Shown here: one piece after another, positions 1 to 8,725 of the stretch
How positions within the stretch are numbered: the stretch's first letter is position 1
Layout: the number at the start of each line of letters is the position of its first letter
Source: a virus
Lineage: Duplodnaviria > Heunggongvirae > Uroviricota > Caudoviricetes
Strand: one strand, 5' to 3'
Length of the DNA: 64,000 nt
IMG/VR virus record: IMGVR_UViG_3300049048_000035
Coordinates: 31,856 to 95,855 of that record
Notes under the pieces: generated by a model
What the model was told of the DNA's origin: nothing
The model's input: only the letters and a program-made list of their open reading frames with translations
The model's database searches: none
Made by a program: the position numbers and the translations under genes

Positions 1-351
1 GCTCTAGCCCAAGGGGTTCAAGTTGCATGGGAAAACGTTGGCTTCGTTAAGCCGACAACCCCATTCGTAGAACCCTTTCTAATTCCAACACTGACTCTTG
101 ATTCTAATGTTGCTGTAGGTCGTTCTACATACAGGGGCATTTTTCAGGTGAATTGTTGGGCACCCTCCGGTAAAGGAATGCGCCAAGTAGAGGCTCTAGC
201 TGATTCTCTGATTGATGCCTTCCCTGTCGTGCCTAAGACGGGTGCTGTTTCGATTGAATCCACACCCTACGCTTCCCGCCCTATTGAAGACGAGGAAGGT
301 TGGGTAATCGTGCCGGTACGTATTAAGTACCGTTATGAGAACTCCAATTAA
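1..351 (+). CDS. C-terminal fragment of a head-tail joining / tail terminator (gpU-like) protein; the 5' end lies upstream of the window
   Basis: Frame 1 is open from nt 1 to the stop at 351. It sits immediately upstream of the major tail and chaperone genes. Family assignment rests on position only. Confidence 0.35.
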   Translation, partial: ALAQGVQVAWENVGFVKPTTPFVEPFLIPTLTLDSNVAVGRSTYRGIFQVNCWAPSGKGMRQVEALADSLIDAFPVVPKTGAVSIESTPYASRPIEDEEGWVIVPVRIKYRYENSN

Positions 352-362
352 GGTAAAGACAA

Positions 363-707
363 ATGGCTACTATTACGCAAACCTCTGCGTTGGATGCTTC
401 TGATGTTGTGACGCTAGCTCGCACAACTCTGACTGCTTCCGATACTTTCACTTATGTACCCGGTGCTAAGCAGTATCTTCTACTGGCTAACAACACTGGT
501 GGGTCTATCACTGCAACCGTGAACGGTAGTGCCAACACGCCTATCAACGTTCAAGGTTACGGCTCTGTCGCTACTGCTGGTGGTAAGGCTATCGCTGTGC
601 CTGCCAACACAACCATGCTTGTAGCTCTTGACGACATTTCTGCGTTCCTGAAGGGGACCATTTCTGTCACGGGTGGCACTGGGCTTATCGCCAGTCTCAT
701 CATCTAA
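363..707 (+). CDS. hypothetical structural protein (114 aa, Thr/Gly-rich)
   Basis: Good ATG start closely packed after the previous stop; lies inside the tail operon. Confidence 0.4.
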   Translation: MATITQTSALDASDVVTLARTTLTASDTFTYVPGAKQYLLLANNTGGSITATVNGSANTPINVQGYGSVATAGGKAIAVPANTTMLVALDDISAFLKGTISVTGGTGLIASLII

Positions 708-734
708 TTAAACGCATTTAGCTAAGGAAATAAA

Positions 735-1187
735 ATGGCTGTAATGACCTCTGCTGGTTCCAAGCTTCACATTGCTACTGGAACTCCTGCTACCTATAAC
801 CAAGCTGGCTTTGAAAACGTTGCCCTGACTTATGTTGAAGTTGGTGAAATCGTTGACCTTGGCGAGTTCGGTGCTGAATACAACCTGGTGACCCACACGG
901 CTCTAGGTCAGCGTCAGCAAAAGAAGTTCAAGGGCTCGTTTAACAACGGCGCTCTGCAACTTCAAATGGCCCGCGACACGTCGAACACTGGACAGACCGC
1001 TCTGCGTACTGCCCTTAACGACGATGCCAGCTTCTCCTTCAAGGTGACGCTGCAAGACAACACGAAGATTTACTTTACCGGAAAGGTAATGTCTTACAAG
1101 ACTTCGGTTGGCTCTGTTGACCAGATTACGGGTGCTACTACGACTATCGAAATTGACTCGGTAATCGTTGAAGTCGCTCCTGTCTAA
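735..1187 (+). CDS. major tail (tube) protein
   Basis: 150 aa; RBS aaggaaataaaATG. Position is immediately 5' of the G/GT chaperone and tape measure. A strong rho-independent terminator follows, as is typical for the abundant tail tube gene. The C-terminal beta-rich KIYFTGKV...TIEIDS stretch resembles major tail protein families. Confidence 0.6.
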   Translation: MAVMTSAGSKLHIATGTPATYNQAGFENVALTYVEVGEIVDLGEFGAEYNLVTHTALGQRQQKKFKGSFNNGALQLQMARDTSNTGQTALRTALNDDASFSFKVTLQDNTKIYFTGKVMSYKTSVGSVDQITGATTTIEIDSVIVEVAPV

Positions 1188-1208
1188 TTCACAAATTAAG
1201 TGAATGAA

Positions 1209-1247
1209 AGGCGGGTTCTCTGAAATATGGGAACCCGCCATTTTTGT
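1209..1247 (+). terminator. rho-independent terminator after the major tail gene
   Basis: Hairpin ggcgggttc(1211-18)...gaacccgcc(1231-38) followed by a T-run atttttg. Confidence 0.6.
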
Positions 1248-1303
1248 CATATAGGCTGCAACAAGACAGCCCTCTTTGTTTAACTACCACGAAAGGCATA
1301 ACA

Positions 1304-1699
1304 ATGTTTAATCTTGATACTCTGGCTCTGAAGACTGATACCGTTCTAGTTGAACTGCGTCACCCTGCTACGGATGAACTGCTGAAGACTGAAGACGGCA
1401 AGCCTGTTGGTGTCCACGTTTACGGTACTGCTTCTAAGCCCTACCGTGATGCGATTCACGCTCTGCAAAACCGCGCTCTGAAGCGTGGCAAGAAGGCAGC
1501 TAGCGCTGAAGTAATGAAGGAAGAAGCAATCGAACTTCTGGTTGCTATCAGCGAAAAGGCAGAGAACCTGACCTACAAGGGTAAGCCTCTGAACTCTGCT
1601 GACGCTTTCCGTGCCCTATACAGTGACCCTCAGTTCTCGTGGCTGAAGGATCAAGTTGATATGGCAGTGGGAGACACTGCGGCTTTTTTGGCCCAGTAA
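1304..1699 (+). CDS. tail assembly chaperone (lambda gpG-like)
   Basis: ATG at 1304 with RBS aaaggcataaca. Sits directly 5' of the tape measure. Ends with a slippery heptamer that allows a -1 shift into the next ORF. Confidence 0.6.
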   Translation: MFNLDTLALKTDTVLVELRHPATDELLKTEDGKPVGVHVYGTASKPYRDAIHALQNRALKRGKKAASAEVMKEEAIELLVAISEKAENLTYKGKPLNSADAFRALYSDPQFSWLKDQVDMAVGDTAAFLAQ

Positions 1700-2151
1700 A
1701 GGAATCCCTTCTCCAATATGTGAAGAAGCTGGCGTGGCTCAATGCCACGCCTGATGGTGCCAAGATGAGTCGGCGGGAGTCTTATGAAAAGGCTTCCGGT
1801 CCCGACTCATTGTTCCTTAGACTCCCCGAATTAGACGGTGCCCAGTACATCGTCCAAATGCTCTTTGAAGCTGGAACTCTCATGCACGCTGGCATGGGGC
1901 CTACTCCCTTGACGTGGCAAGAGATTGATGCGTGGCTACGTGTGACTGGAACACAAGCCGAGCTATGGGAGAGGTTGCTTATCAAAGAGCTAAGTCACGC
2001 ATATGTGAACATGCTTCACGATGCAACTAAGAAAGACTGTCCTGACCCGTATGTGTACGTGGAAGAGGCAGAACAAATTGATCGTACTGCCGTTGCAAAC
2101 AAGCTGCGTAATGCGTTTGCCAACTTGAGGCGTGCCCCTAATACGGAATGA
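1304..2151 (+). CDS. tail assembly chaperone G-T fusion made by a -1 programmed ribosomal frameshift at 1684-1690
   Basis: The G frame (codon phase 2) ends ...gct ttt ttg gcc cag taa. The heptamer T TTT TTG at 1684-1690 is an X XXY YYZ site. The -1 frame (phase 1) is open from 1684 through ORF 1720..2151. This is the conserved G/GT arrangement upstream of tape-measure genes. Confidence 0.5.
1684..1690 (+). other. slippery heptamer T_TTT_TTG (site of the -1 frameshift)
   Basis: Read directly from the sequence: gcggcttttttggcc. Confidence 0.5.
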
Positions 2152-2168
2152 TGATTTAAGGACTGCAC

Positions 2169-5100
2169 ATGGATGTAGCACACCTACAAGTACAGGTAAC
2201 ATCAAGGGGTGTTACCAACACTGTCTCTGCCCTGGATAAGCTTGAAAAGAAAGCTGGCGCAGCAGAGACAGCAGTTAAGAGCTTGACTGCCCAAGTTACT
2301 AACTTGACGACTGCCCAAGGTGGTCTTAGTTCTGCTACCCAAGCTGCTGCGAAAGCCCAACTACAAGCTTACTCTCAGCTAGACAAGGCTATTAGCACGC
2401 TGACTGGTCAGCTATCCACAATGACTGCCCTGATGGCGCAGCTTGGGCAGACAACACTTCAAACGACTGCACAATCCAATGCTCTTGCTGGCTCTCTGCA
2501 ACGCAAGAGTCAGTGGGGTAATGTGTGGACTTCGACAATGAAGGCGATGATTACGGCTGCTGGTGCCTATCTGTCGCTGAACTTTGCGAAGGGTATTATT
2601 CAAGCTGCCGACTCATGGCAGTCCATGCAAGCTAAGCTGACAATCGTTACTGGTACTACTCGTGCAGCTAAGCATGAACAGCAAGCCATTTATGACCTAG
2701 CTCAGCGTATGCGCGCTCCGCTAGAAGACATGACTAAGCTATATCAGCGTATGGTCACGCCTTTGGAAACGATCGGCAAGTCTTCTGAGCAAGCTAAGAA
2801 GCATGTAGAGTTCCTTGCTTTGGGCTTGAAGCTGTCTGGTTCAACAGCGGCTGAAGCATCGTCCACGATGCTGCAATACTCGCAAGCTATCAACGCTGGA
2901 CGTTTGAACGGCGCGGAATTCAACGCTGTGGCTGAAGCCTCCCCTGTTGTCTTGCTGAAGATTAAGGAATACCTGATGGCAACATCTGAGGAATTCCGTA
3001 AGTCTGGTGGCAACCTGAAGAAGTGGGCTTCTGAGGGAAAGATTACTGTTGAAGTGATGCAAGCTGCTGCTGAAGCTGCCTTGCCTCGCATGCAGGAACA
3101 GTTCAAAACTCTCCCTGTCACTGTTGATGACGTACTGACTCGAATCAAGAATGCTTGGACGAAGACGGTAGGTGAGATTGGACAGGACACAGAGTTGGGC
3201 AAGAAGATGGTTGCCGCTCTGGAATCCCTTGAGGATAACCTTCCAAAGATCGCTGCTACTGTTGTGCAAGCTTTGGCCTTCATGGCTGAACACTTCCGTA
3301 CTCTGATTGTGCTGGCTACCACTCTTGTTGGTATCGGTATTATGAAGTGGGCAATGGAAGCTCGGGCTGGGCTTCTGGCTGCTGCTGCTGCTGCGAACAT
3401 CGCTGCTGGTGCTACGGCTGCTGTTGGGGCTGCTGGCACTGCTGCTGCAACTGGCATGACTGCTGGCGCAACTGCTGCTGGTGTTGCTCGTGTTGCTCTA
3501 TCGGCTCTAGGGGGTCCACTTGGACTCATTGCTGGTCTTCTAACTGCCGGTGTGACAGCTTGGATGATGTGGGGTGACAAAACTAAGGAAGTTAGCAAGA
3601 CGACTACAGAAGTCGTTCTCTCCGATCTAGACAAGGTGATTGAGAAACTTGACGTTGAAATTGAACGTCTAAAGGAAAAGGCCCGTCTGAAGAAGCTGCT
3701 TGGTGACGGTGCTGTTGATGCTGCTGAAGGGAATGACAACCTGACAGCTATCAATAAGGCTCTTGCTGAAATCAAGACAACTGAGGCTGCCCTACAGCTT
3801 GCCCGTGAAGGGGCGATGACTGGGGATGAAGACTCTATTAAGGCTGTTAGACAGTACACGCAAGAGCTTGACAAGCTGAACAAGAAGCTGGACGAGGCAA
3901 CTGCTAAGCAAGCTGAGTTTGCTTCTGCTAATGCTGCTGACCAAGCTGCAAAATTGAAAGTCCGTCAAGACTCGTATCTGAACAACTTTGACGAGACTTA
4001 CGGCACGAAGCAAATGAAGATGGCTGCGGCTATCCGGGCAGAAGAAGCTAAGGCTGCTGAGCTAGGTTTGAAGCTGAATGAAAAGCAGATTCAAATGATT
4101 CGAGACAAGTTCAAGACAGAGACAACCTCCCTGTCTGCGAACGAACGTCTGACAAAGACCTACCGCGACCAGCTAGAAGCTATCGAGAAGCAGAACAACA
4201 GCCTTCGTGCTAAGGGAACAAAGACTGAAACTCATTCTGAGTTCGACAAAGCAACTGATGAAGTAGTCAACGTATACAACGAGATTGCCAAGAACCAAGA
4301 AAAGATCAACGAGGGTGTTGACGGCAAGGTCAAGCTTAACAAGGAAGAGATTGGTCTTCTTGAGCAAGCTAACGCCAAGCTTCGTGAACAAGCTGCGATC
4401 ACTCTTCAGAACGGTATTGCCAAGGATGAAGACGAAGCTTTCAAGAAAGCTCTAGCCAAGGCTGAAGCTGCTAAGGAAAAGCTGGACTCTTACCTAGATG
4501 CAAACAAGGCTGATAGGTTCGGTAACGCAATGGCTAGTGCCTTTGGCAAAGTTGGTAAGGCTATCGGTCAAGCTGGCGATGCGTTGATTAAGTTCCATCG
4601 TCGCGGGGAAGCTGCGGAGAAGGCTAAGGCTAACGCCAAGGCTGCGTACCTAGACGGTCCTGTTAAGGATGAAGTTAAGTACGCTAGGGCTGTTGGAGAG
4701 ATTGAGAAGCAGCAAGCGGCAGATCGTATTGATATGTACGCTGACGTGCTTCAGGCATCTAAGGGCTTCTTCAAGGAACACACTGCTGCCTACAAGGTAC
4801 TGCATGCTGCTGAACAAGCATTCCGTGTCTACCAGTACGCATCGGCTGTCAAGAATGCTGCCGTTGAAATGGGCTTGATCGAAGCGACTACGGTTGCTCG
4901 TATTCAAGGCTACGCAATGGCTGCATGGGAGTCGATCAAGAGCACTGGGATTCAGATTGCTCAAGCAATGGGCCTTGGTGGTGTTCTGGCTACGTTGGGC
5001 GTGATGACTCAGGCTCAAGGTGATCCCTACTCAGCATGGGCACGTATGGCTGCTATGGCTGCTGTAATGGCTGGCCTAGGCTTCGCTGTCAGTGGTGCTT

Positions 5101-7232
5101 TTGGTGGAGGGGGCCGTACACAGAACGCGCCTAAGTTTAACGAAGGTAAGGGCACAGTGTTTGGGGATGCTGATGCGCAAAGCAAGTCCATCGCTAGGTC
5201 GATTGAAAAGCTAAAGGACGTTGACACAATGACAATGCGATACAGCGCTCAAATGCTGGATTCGCTGCGTAACATTGAAGCGTCTATGGCTGGTGTGACC
5301 AACCTAGTGCTGCGTAATGGTAAGGTCAACACAGGTGAACAGTTTGGTGACCTGCGACTAGGCAAGCAAACTGCTAAGGGGCTTATCGAGAAGTGGACAG
5401 GTTCTAAGGGCTTCCTTGAAATGTTCAACCCTGCGTTCAAGGCTTTCCAGAACTCACCTATTGCCCGTTGGCTACGTGGTTCGGAAACTCGGGAACTGAC
5501 TAACGCTGGTGTGGCAATGAAGGGCACGCTTGCTCAGCTTATTGCTGGACAAGGTATGTCTGAGTTCAGCACTGTGAAGACAACTTCTAAGCGTTGGTAT
5601 CGTGGTACGAAGACTTCCTATGAACATCACTTCGATTCGCTTGATGCAACGATTGCTCGTCAGTTCGGACTGATCTTTGATTCGTTCGGGGATGCAATCA
5701 ATGCAGCCGGTGAAGCGCTAGGGGTACCGCTAACTGAAATTCAACAGCGTCTGCAAGGCTTTGTTGTTGACCTTGGCATGATCGACCTTAAGGGTCTTTC
5801 AGGTGAAGAGATTCAAGAGCGTTTGTCGGCTGCGCTTGGCGCTGCTGGCGATGAGCTAGCTGCAAAAGCTTTGCCGGGGTTCCTAGAGTTTCAGCGTGTT
5901 GGGGAAGGTTACCTAGAGACTGTTGTACGAGTTGGGTCGGGCGTTGAACAAGCTCAGTACGAACTTGAAAAGCTTGGTATTACAGCCCTCCATTGGAGTC
6001 TGATTCTTAACAAGCAGGCCGAAGACGTTGGCGGGGAGTTGGTCAAGCAGTCGATTATGTGGCAGGAATGGGGCACTGGAATCGGTGAGATTATCATGTC
6101 CCTTGATGGCACAGCATCTGAGATTGCTGATATCTACCGCGAACTGAAGACAGTGCAATCACTCATGGTTGGCGTGGGGCTAGGTTCTAACCTAACTCGT
6201 GATTTGATCCGTGCTGCTGGTGGACTGGATGCCCTGCATGACGCTTTGGGTGCCTACTCTGAAAACTTCTTCAGTGAAGCTGAACAACGTGCGATGAAGG
6301 GTGCGCAACTAGCTGTGGAATTCCAGAAGCTAGGTCGCACAATGCCTCAAACGAAGGAAGGCTTCAGGGCTCTTGTAGAGTCGCTAAAGGCTGCTGGCAA
6401 TACAGAAATGGCTGTGAAGGTGATGCTTCTGGCTGAGTCGTTTGCTGAGTGGGCTGACATGGCTGGCTCTGCTTCCCAAGCTGTTGAGGAAGCCCGGGAC
6501 AATCTGCGTGACGCTTACGAACGTGAGAAGTCTGCGATTGAAGAGGTTCAGGAAAAGTGGGAAAGCTTTGCCAAGAGTCTTCGTGATTTCAAGGCAGACC
6601 TAATCACTTCAGACCTAAGCCCCTTGACGAACCAGGAAAAGTATGCTACACTGAGGGCTCAGTTCGAGAGCACTCGTGCGGCTGCGATGAGCGGTGACGA
6701 AGATGCTATCGGCAAGTTTGAAAGCATCGCACGCGAATTCCTGACGTTCTCTCGTGAGTTCAATGCCTCCGGGGTCGCCTACACGGCTGACTTCCAGCGA
6801 GTGCTTGACGCGACAACTCAGCTTGAAGGTATTGCGGGAACCAAGGCTTCGGATGCTGAAAAGCAACTGGCTGCCCTTGAGAAGCAGGTTGAAGGTCTTA
6901 TCGAAATCAACGAGTCTGTGCTGACAGTTGCGCAAGCAATCGCAGCGCTACAGGCCGCGATGACAGGGACTGCCAACCCTCCTGCTGTATCTGTGGACAA
7001 CACAAGCGCCATTCCGACAACACCAGACCGTTCTACTGCTTTGGCAGCGGAGCTTGCGGCTGTTCGTCAGGAGCTAACAACTCTGCGTGAAGAACAGGCT
7101 AAGCAGACTGTGGCCCTAATTGCTGCAACTGTTGAGTCGAATGAACAGAACGCTGCTGTTGTTGTGAACGGGCTATGGGAGTCTGATAGCGTGGGTTCGT
7201 ACAGACAACGCGCACCACAAGCAATGAATTAA
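2169..7232 (+). CDS. tail tape measure protein (1687 aa)
   Basis: Very long and Ala/Gln/Lys-rich. Has an N-terminal TMP-like segment (GRLNGAEFNAVAEASPVVL). An Ala/Gly-rich hydrophobic segment maps to about nt 3350-3570. Extensive coiled coil. Position is canonical, after G/GT. Confidence 0.9.
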   Translation: MDVAHLQVQVTSRGVTNTVSALDKLEKKAGAAETAVKSLTAQVTNLTTAQGGLSSATQAAAKAQLQAYSQLDKAISTLTGQLSTMTALMAQLGQTTLQTTAQSNALAGSLQRKSQWGNVWTSTMKAMITAAGAYLSLNFAKGIIQAADSWQSMQAKLTIVTGTTRAAKHEQQAIYDLAQRMRAPLEDMTKLYQRMVTPLETIGKSSEQAKKHVEFLALGLKLSGSTAAEASSTMLQYSQAINAGRLNGAEFNAVAEASPVVLLKIKEYLMATSEEFRKSGGNLKKWASEGKITVEVMQAAAEAALPRMQEQFKTLPVTVDDVLTRIKNAWTKTVGEIGQDTELGKKMVAALESLEDNLPKIAATVVQALAFMAEHFRTLIVLATTLVGIGIMKWAMEARAGLLAAAAAANIAAGATAAVGAAGTAAATGMTAGATAAGVARVALSALGGPLGLIAGLLTAGVTAWMMWGDKTKEVSKTTTEVVLSDLDKVIEKLDVEIERLKEKARLKKLLGDGAVDAAEGNDNLTAINKALAEIKTTEAALQLAREGAMTGDEDSIKAVRQYTQELDKLNKKLDEATAKQAEFASANAADQAAKLKVRQDSYLNNFDETYGTKQMKMAAAIRAEEAKAAELGLKLNEKQIQMIRDKFKTETTSLSANERLTKTYRDQLEAIEKQNNSLRAKGTKTETHSEFDKATDEVVNVYNEIAKNQEKINEGVDGKVKLNKEEIGLLEQANAKLREQAAITLQNGIAKDEDEAFKKALAKAEAAKEKLDSYLDANKADRFGNAMASAFGKVGKAIGQAGDALIKFHRRGEAAEKAKANAKAAYLDGPVKDEVKYARAVGEIEKQQAADRIDMYADVLQASKGFFKEHTAAYKVLHAAEQAFRVYQYASAVKNAAVEMGLIEATTVARIQGYAMAAWESIKSTGIQIAQAMGLGGVLATLGVMTQAQGDPYSAWARMAAMAAVMAGLGFAVSGAFGGGGRTQNAPKFNEGKGTVFGDADAQSKSIARSIEKLKDVDTMTMRYSAQMLDSLRNIEASMAGVTNLVLRNGKVNTGEQFGDLRLGKQTAKGLIEKWTGSKGFLEMFNPAFKAFQNSPIARWLRGSETRELTNAGVAMKGTLAQLIAGQGMSEFSTVKTTSKRWYRGTKTSYEHHFDSLDATIARQFGLIFDSFGDAINAAGEALGVPLTEIQQRLQGFVVDLGMIDLKGLSGEEIQERLSAALGAAGDELAAKALPGFLEFQRVGEGYLETVVRVGSGVEQAQYELEKLGITALHWSLILNKQAEDVGGELVKQSIMWQEWGTGIGEIIMSLDGTASEIADIYRELKTVQSLMVGVGLGSNLTRDLIRAAGGLDALHDALGAYSENFFSEAEQRAMKGAQLAVEFQKLGRTMPQTKEGFRALVESLKAAGNTEMAVKVMLLAESFAEWADMAGSASQAVEEARDNLRDAYEREKSAIEEVQEKWESFAKSLRDFKADLITSDLSPLTNQEKYATLRAQFESTRAAAMSGDEDAIGKFESIAREFLTFSREFNASGVAYTADFQRVLDATTQLEGIAGTKASDAEKQLAALEKQVEGLIEINESVLTVAQAIAALQAAMTGTANPPAVSVDNTSAIPTTPDRSTALAAELAAVRQELTTLREEQAKQTVALIAATVESNEQNAAVVVNGLWESDSVGSYRQRAPQAMN

Positions 7233-7246
7233 AGGAACTTTAGTTA

Positions 7247-8725
7247 ATGCCAATTACGAATCAGCAATACCAGGCTTGGTTGAATGACCAAGACGCTATC
7301 CGCTGCATTCTAGTTGAGGTTGATGTGAAGCTAGCGGGTGGCAGCAATGTCACCCGCTATTTGTCCAATAAGGGGTACGTTACGTCCCCAACGGACACAC
7401 CAGCTAACACAGAATACCCTCCACTGATTGTAGGCGGGGTCAAGTTTTCACAGAGCATTTCCATTGACGGCTCTGTATCACTGTCCTTCGGTGACTTGGA
7501 ACTGAACAACCATGATGGCTCTTTGGATTCGTGGTTGGATGACTTTTGGGTCAACCGAAACATTACAGTCTATGCCGGTGATGCCCGCTGGGCCAGAGCC
7601 GACTTCAGACAGATTTTCACTGGTGTTGTGACGGGCGTTGATAGCCGTAGCCGCAACAGAGTGAACCTAAAGCTCAGTGACAAGATGCAGAGGCTTAACA
7701 CGCCGATCACTGAGACTAAGCTTGGTGGAGGAACTACCAATGCTGACCAGCCTCTGCCGTTGTGCTTTGGTGAATGTCACAACGTAGAACCCCTTCTGGT
7801 CGATCAAGCCTTGCACAAATACATGGTGCATGATGGACCCATTGAAGGGATCATTGAAGTGAGAGATAACGGTGTACCTGTTCTCTTCACTGCTGATCTA
7901 AGTACAGGAACATTCTTCCTTGAGCAAAGCCCTGCTGGACAAATCACAGCTAGCGTTCAAGGTGATGCGCCTGGTGGTGTGTATACGAACAACCTAGTCA
8001 ACATCATCAAGCGACTGGTGAAGGACTACGGCAACGACACACTGCGATTCACTGATGCTGACCTAGACCTAGCTTCCCTGAATGCTTTCGCTTCTGCCAA
8101 CCCTCAACCAGTTGGGCTGTACTGCAAGGAACGCACAAACCTTCTAGAAGCCATCCAAACGCTCGCAGGAAGCGTCGGAGGTCGTTGTGTAGTGTCCCCT
8201 ACAGGCTTGCTCTCAATCGTCAAGCTGACGCTGCCACAGGGCTCCGCAGGGACCACTGTTGGGGCTGGGGATATGGTGGATCGTTCGCTAGAGATTGCGT
8301 CGATGCCTCCTGTGGTTGCCAGCGTGAAGGTTGGGTACGCAAAAAACTGGACTGTCCAAGACCTTCAGACAGGCATCGTGGAAGAACACCGCAAGCTGTA
8401 CGCTGAGGAATGGCTGACACAGACTCGCTCTGACTCTCTGGCTGCAACCAACTTCAATCTCTTTACTGATCCGAAGATTGAAGAAACTCTCCTGCTGACG
8501 GCTGGGGACGCAGCCACTGAAGCTCTGAGGCGTCTGAATGTGTTCAACGTTCAACGTAAGGTGTTCAAGTTTGCTGGCTACGCTGGGCTTCTGTCTCAGA
8601 AGGTTGGTGACCCAATGACGTTGCAGCATAGCCGCTTCGGACTCTCAGCAGGTAAGACGGGCCAGATTCTTTCTATCACTACAGACTGGTTGAAATCACG
8701 AGTAGAAATTGAGGTAATGATTTAA
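7247..8725 (+). CDS. minor tail / distal tail protein (492 aa)
   Basis: Immediately follows the tape measure and overlaps the next gene start (ATGA). Beta-rich. Confidence 0.45.
   Translation: MPITNQQYQAWLNDQDAIRCILVEVDVKLAGGSNVTRYLSNKGYVTSPTDTPANTEYPPLIVGGVKFSQSISIDGSVSLSFGDLELNNHDGSLDSWLDDFWVNRNITVYAGDARWARADFRQIFTGVVTGVDSRSRNRVNLKLSDKMQRLNTPITETKLGGGTTNADQPLPLCFGECHNVEPLLVDQALHKYMVHDGPIEGIIEVRDNGVPVLFTADLSTGTFFLEQSPAGQITASVQGDAPGGVYTNNLVNIIKRLVKDYGNDTLRFTDADLDLASLNAFASANPQPVGLYCKERTNLLEAIQTLAGSVGGRCVVSPTGLLSIVKLTLPQGSAGTTVGAGDMVDRSLEIASMPPVVASVKVGYAKNWTVQDLQTGIVEEHRKLYAEEWLTQTRSDSLAATNFNLFTDPKIEETLLLTAGDAATEALRRLNVFNVQRKVFKFAGYAGLLSQKVGDPMTLQHSRFGLSAGKTGQILSITTDWLKSRVEIEVMI

Noticed and set aside
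3347-3577. 76-aa Cys/Trp-rich plus-strand ORF (MGNGSSGWASGCCCCCEHRCW...)
   Set aside because: Out-of-frame reading of the GCTGCTGCT tract of the tape measure; biologically implausible composition.
2744-3883. 379-aa minus-strand ORF inside the tape measure gene
   Set aside because: It is antisense to a strongly supported long gene. Its Ser/Ala/Arg-rich low-complexity translation mirrors the Ala-rich GCT repeats of the TMP. No start context.
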